Positions 63,153 through 64,000 of a stretch of DNA of 64,000 nt are shown one piece after another. A program made the translations under genes and the position numbers. The notes beneath the pieces were generated by a model that did not search any database, was not told the origin of the DNA, and saw only the letters and a list, made by a program, of their open reading frames with translations. The stretch spans positions 28,894,001 through 28,958,000 of the forward strand of contig OZ249436.1 in NCBI GenBank assembly GCA_965235115.1. Direction: 5' to 3'. This stretch comes from Laetmonice hystrix. Its lineage: Eukaryota. The stretch's first letter is position 1, and every line of letters starts with the position of its first letter.

Positions 63153-64000
63153 AACCTTGAATTTCAAAATTTTCCGGGGGCATGTCCCCGAGGAAGGCTT
63201 CGCGCCTTCGGCGTTTGCAGACTTTGCGCCTTCGGCGCTCGTACAGTCACGCCTGTGTCGCAACTAAACACGTTGAACCCCCCCTAACGGAAAAAGCTGG
63301 ATCCGCCCCTGCCCTATAGGCCTGGTACACAAGACTAAAAGATGAAGGTGATAACTCAAAAGCTGTCTTAATTGGGTCCCCGGCTATGAGCTATCAAATG
63401 TAGCACGACAGGGTCTTTTGTTAAATTGTATTCTGGGGGTTTTTCGGGTTGCCTGGACCCCCCCCCCCCCCCAAAAAAAAAGCCTCTATCTCAGTTGGAA
63501 CCCCCCCCCCCTCCTTATCTCAGTTCTGCCTCCACCCCTGGGTCACATCAGGACGATCAGTTTTACTGGTAGTGGAAACCAGTGTCCCTGGGACACATTA
63601 AAGTTAGTTGTATTCAAGCTTTATTCACTTAAAAACAGAGACAAATTAATATTACACAGGTTTAAAAAAAAAAAACTCCACCGAGACGATTTGTAAAACA
63701 TGTAAAACACTGACCAGAGATATATTTGTTGTAAAACAAAAGTGAATGAGAACACCTAGACTTCGTTACATCAGCAGAATCGAAAAGTAATCCTTAGACT
63801 ACCGCGGGTATATACAATATCATAGCATATCCATGTAATACCTTTGTGTCTGCTGAAAAAAGCAGCAAGCACCTGCAATCTGTGGTAAATACATTGCAGG
63901 GACTTCTGTCCTGCAGGTCAGTACGATACACTTGTCATAGCAATTCACAGGCATTCAATAACTAATGCCGAGGTGCCCACCCTGCAATCTTACAATCAGG

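Overview
This is repeat-saturated eukaryotic (animal-type, probably invertebrate; inference) DNA with no recognisable host gene. Bases 1 to ~25,530 are a very young tandem array of a ~2.2-kb unit (~12 copies, some internally deleted). Each unit carries a broken P-element/THAP9-type transposase fragment. At 28,211-38,715 (minus strand) is an apparently intact Ty3/gypsy retroelement with a 4-bp CTTT target-site duplication (TSD). It has a poly-Q, zinc-knuckle gag, a pol reached by a UUUAAAC -1 frameshift, and a full baculovirus-F/errantivirus-type env. The element has three LTRs: 5'LTR-gag-pol-env-[LTR lacking the candidate TATA/polyA/CTCF-like block]-gag-env tail-3'LTR. The remainder is nested non-autonomous DNA elements (HINE/Helentron-like, Academ-like foldback, Kolobok-, hAT-, Zator- and EnSpm-like MITEs), SINE/LINE relics and minisatellites. 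All family calls come from motif recognition by eye; no searches were run.
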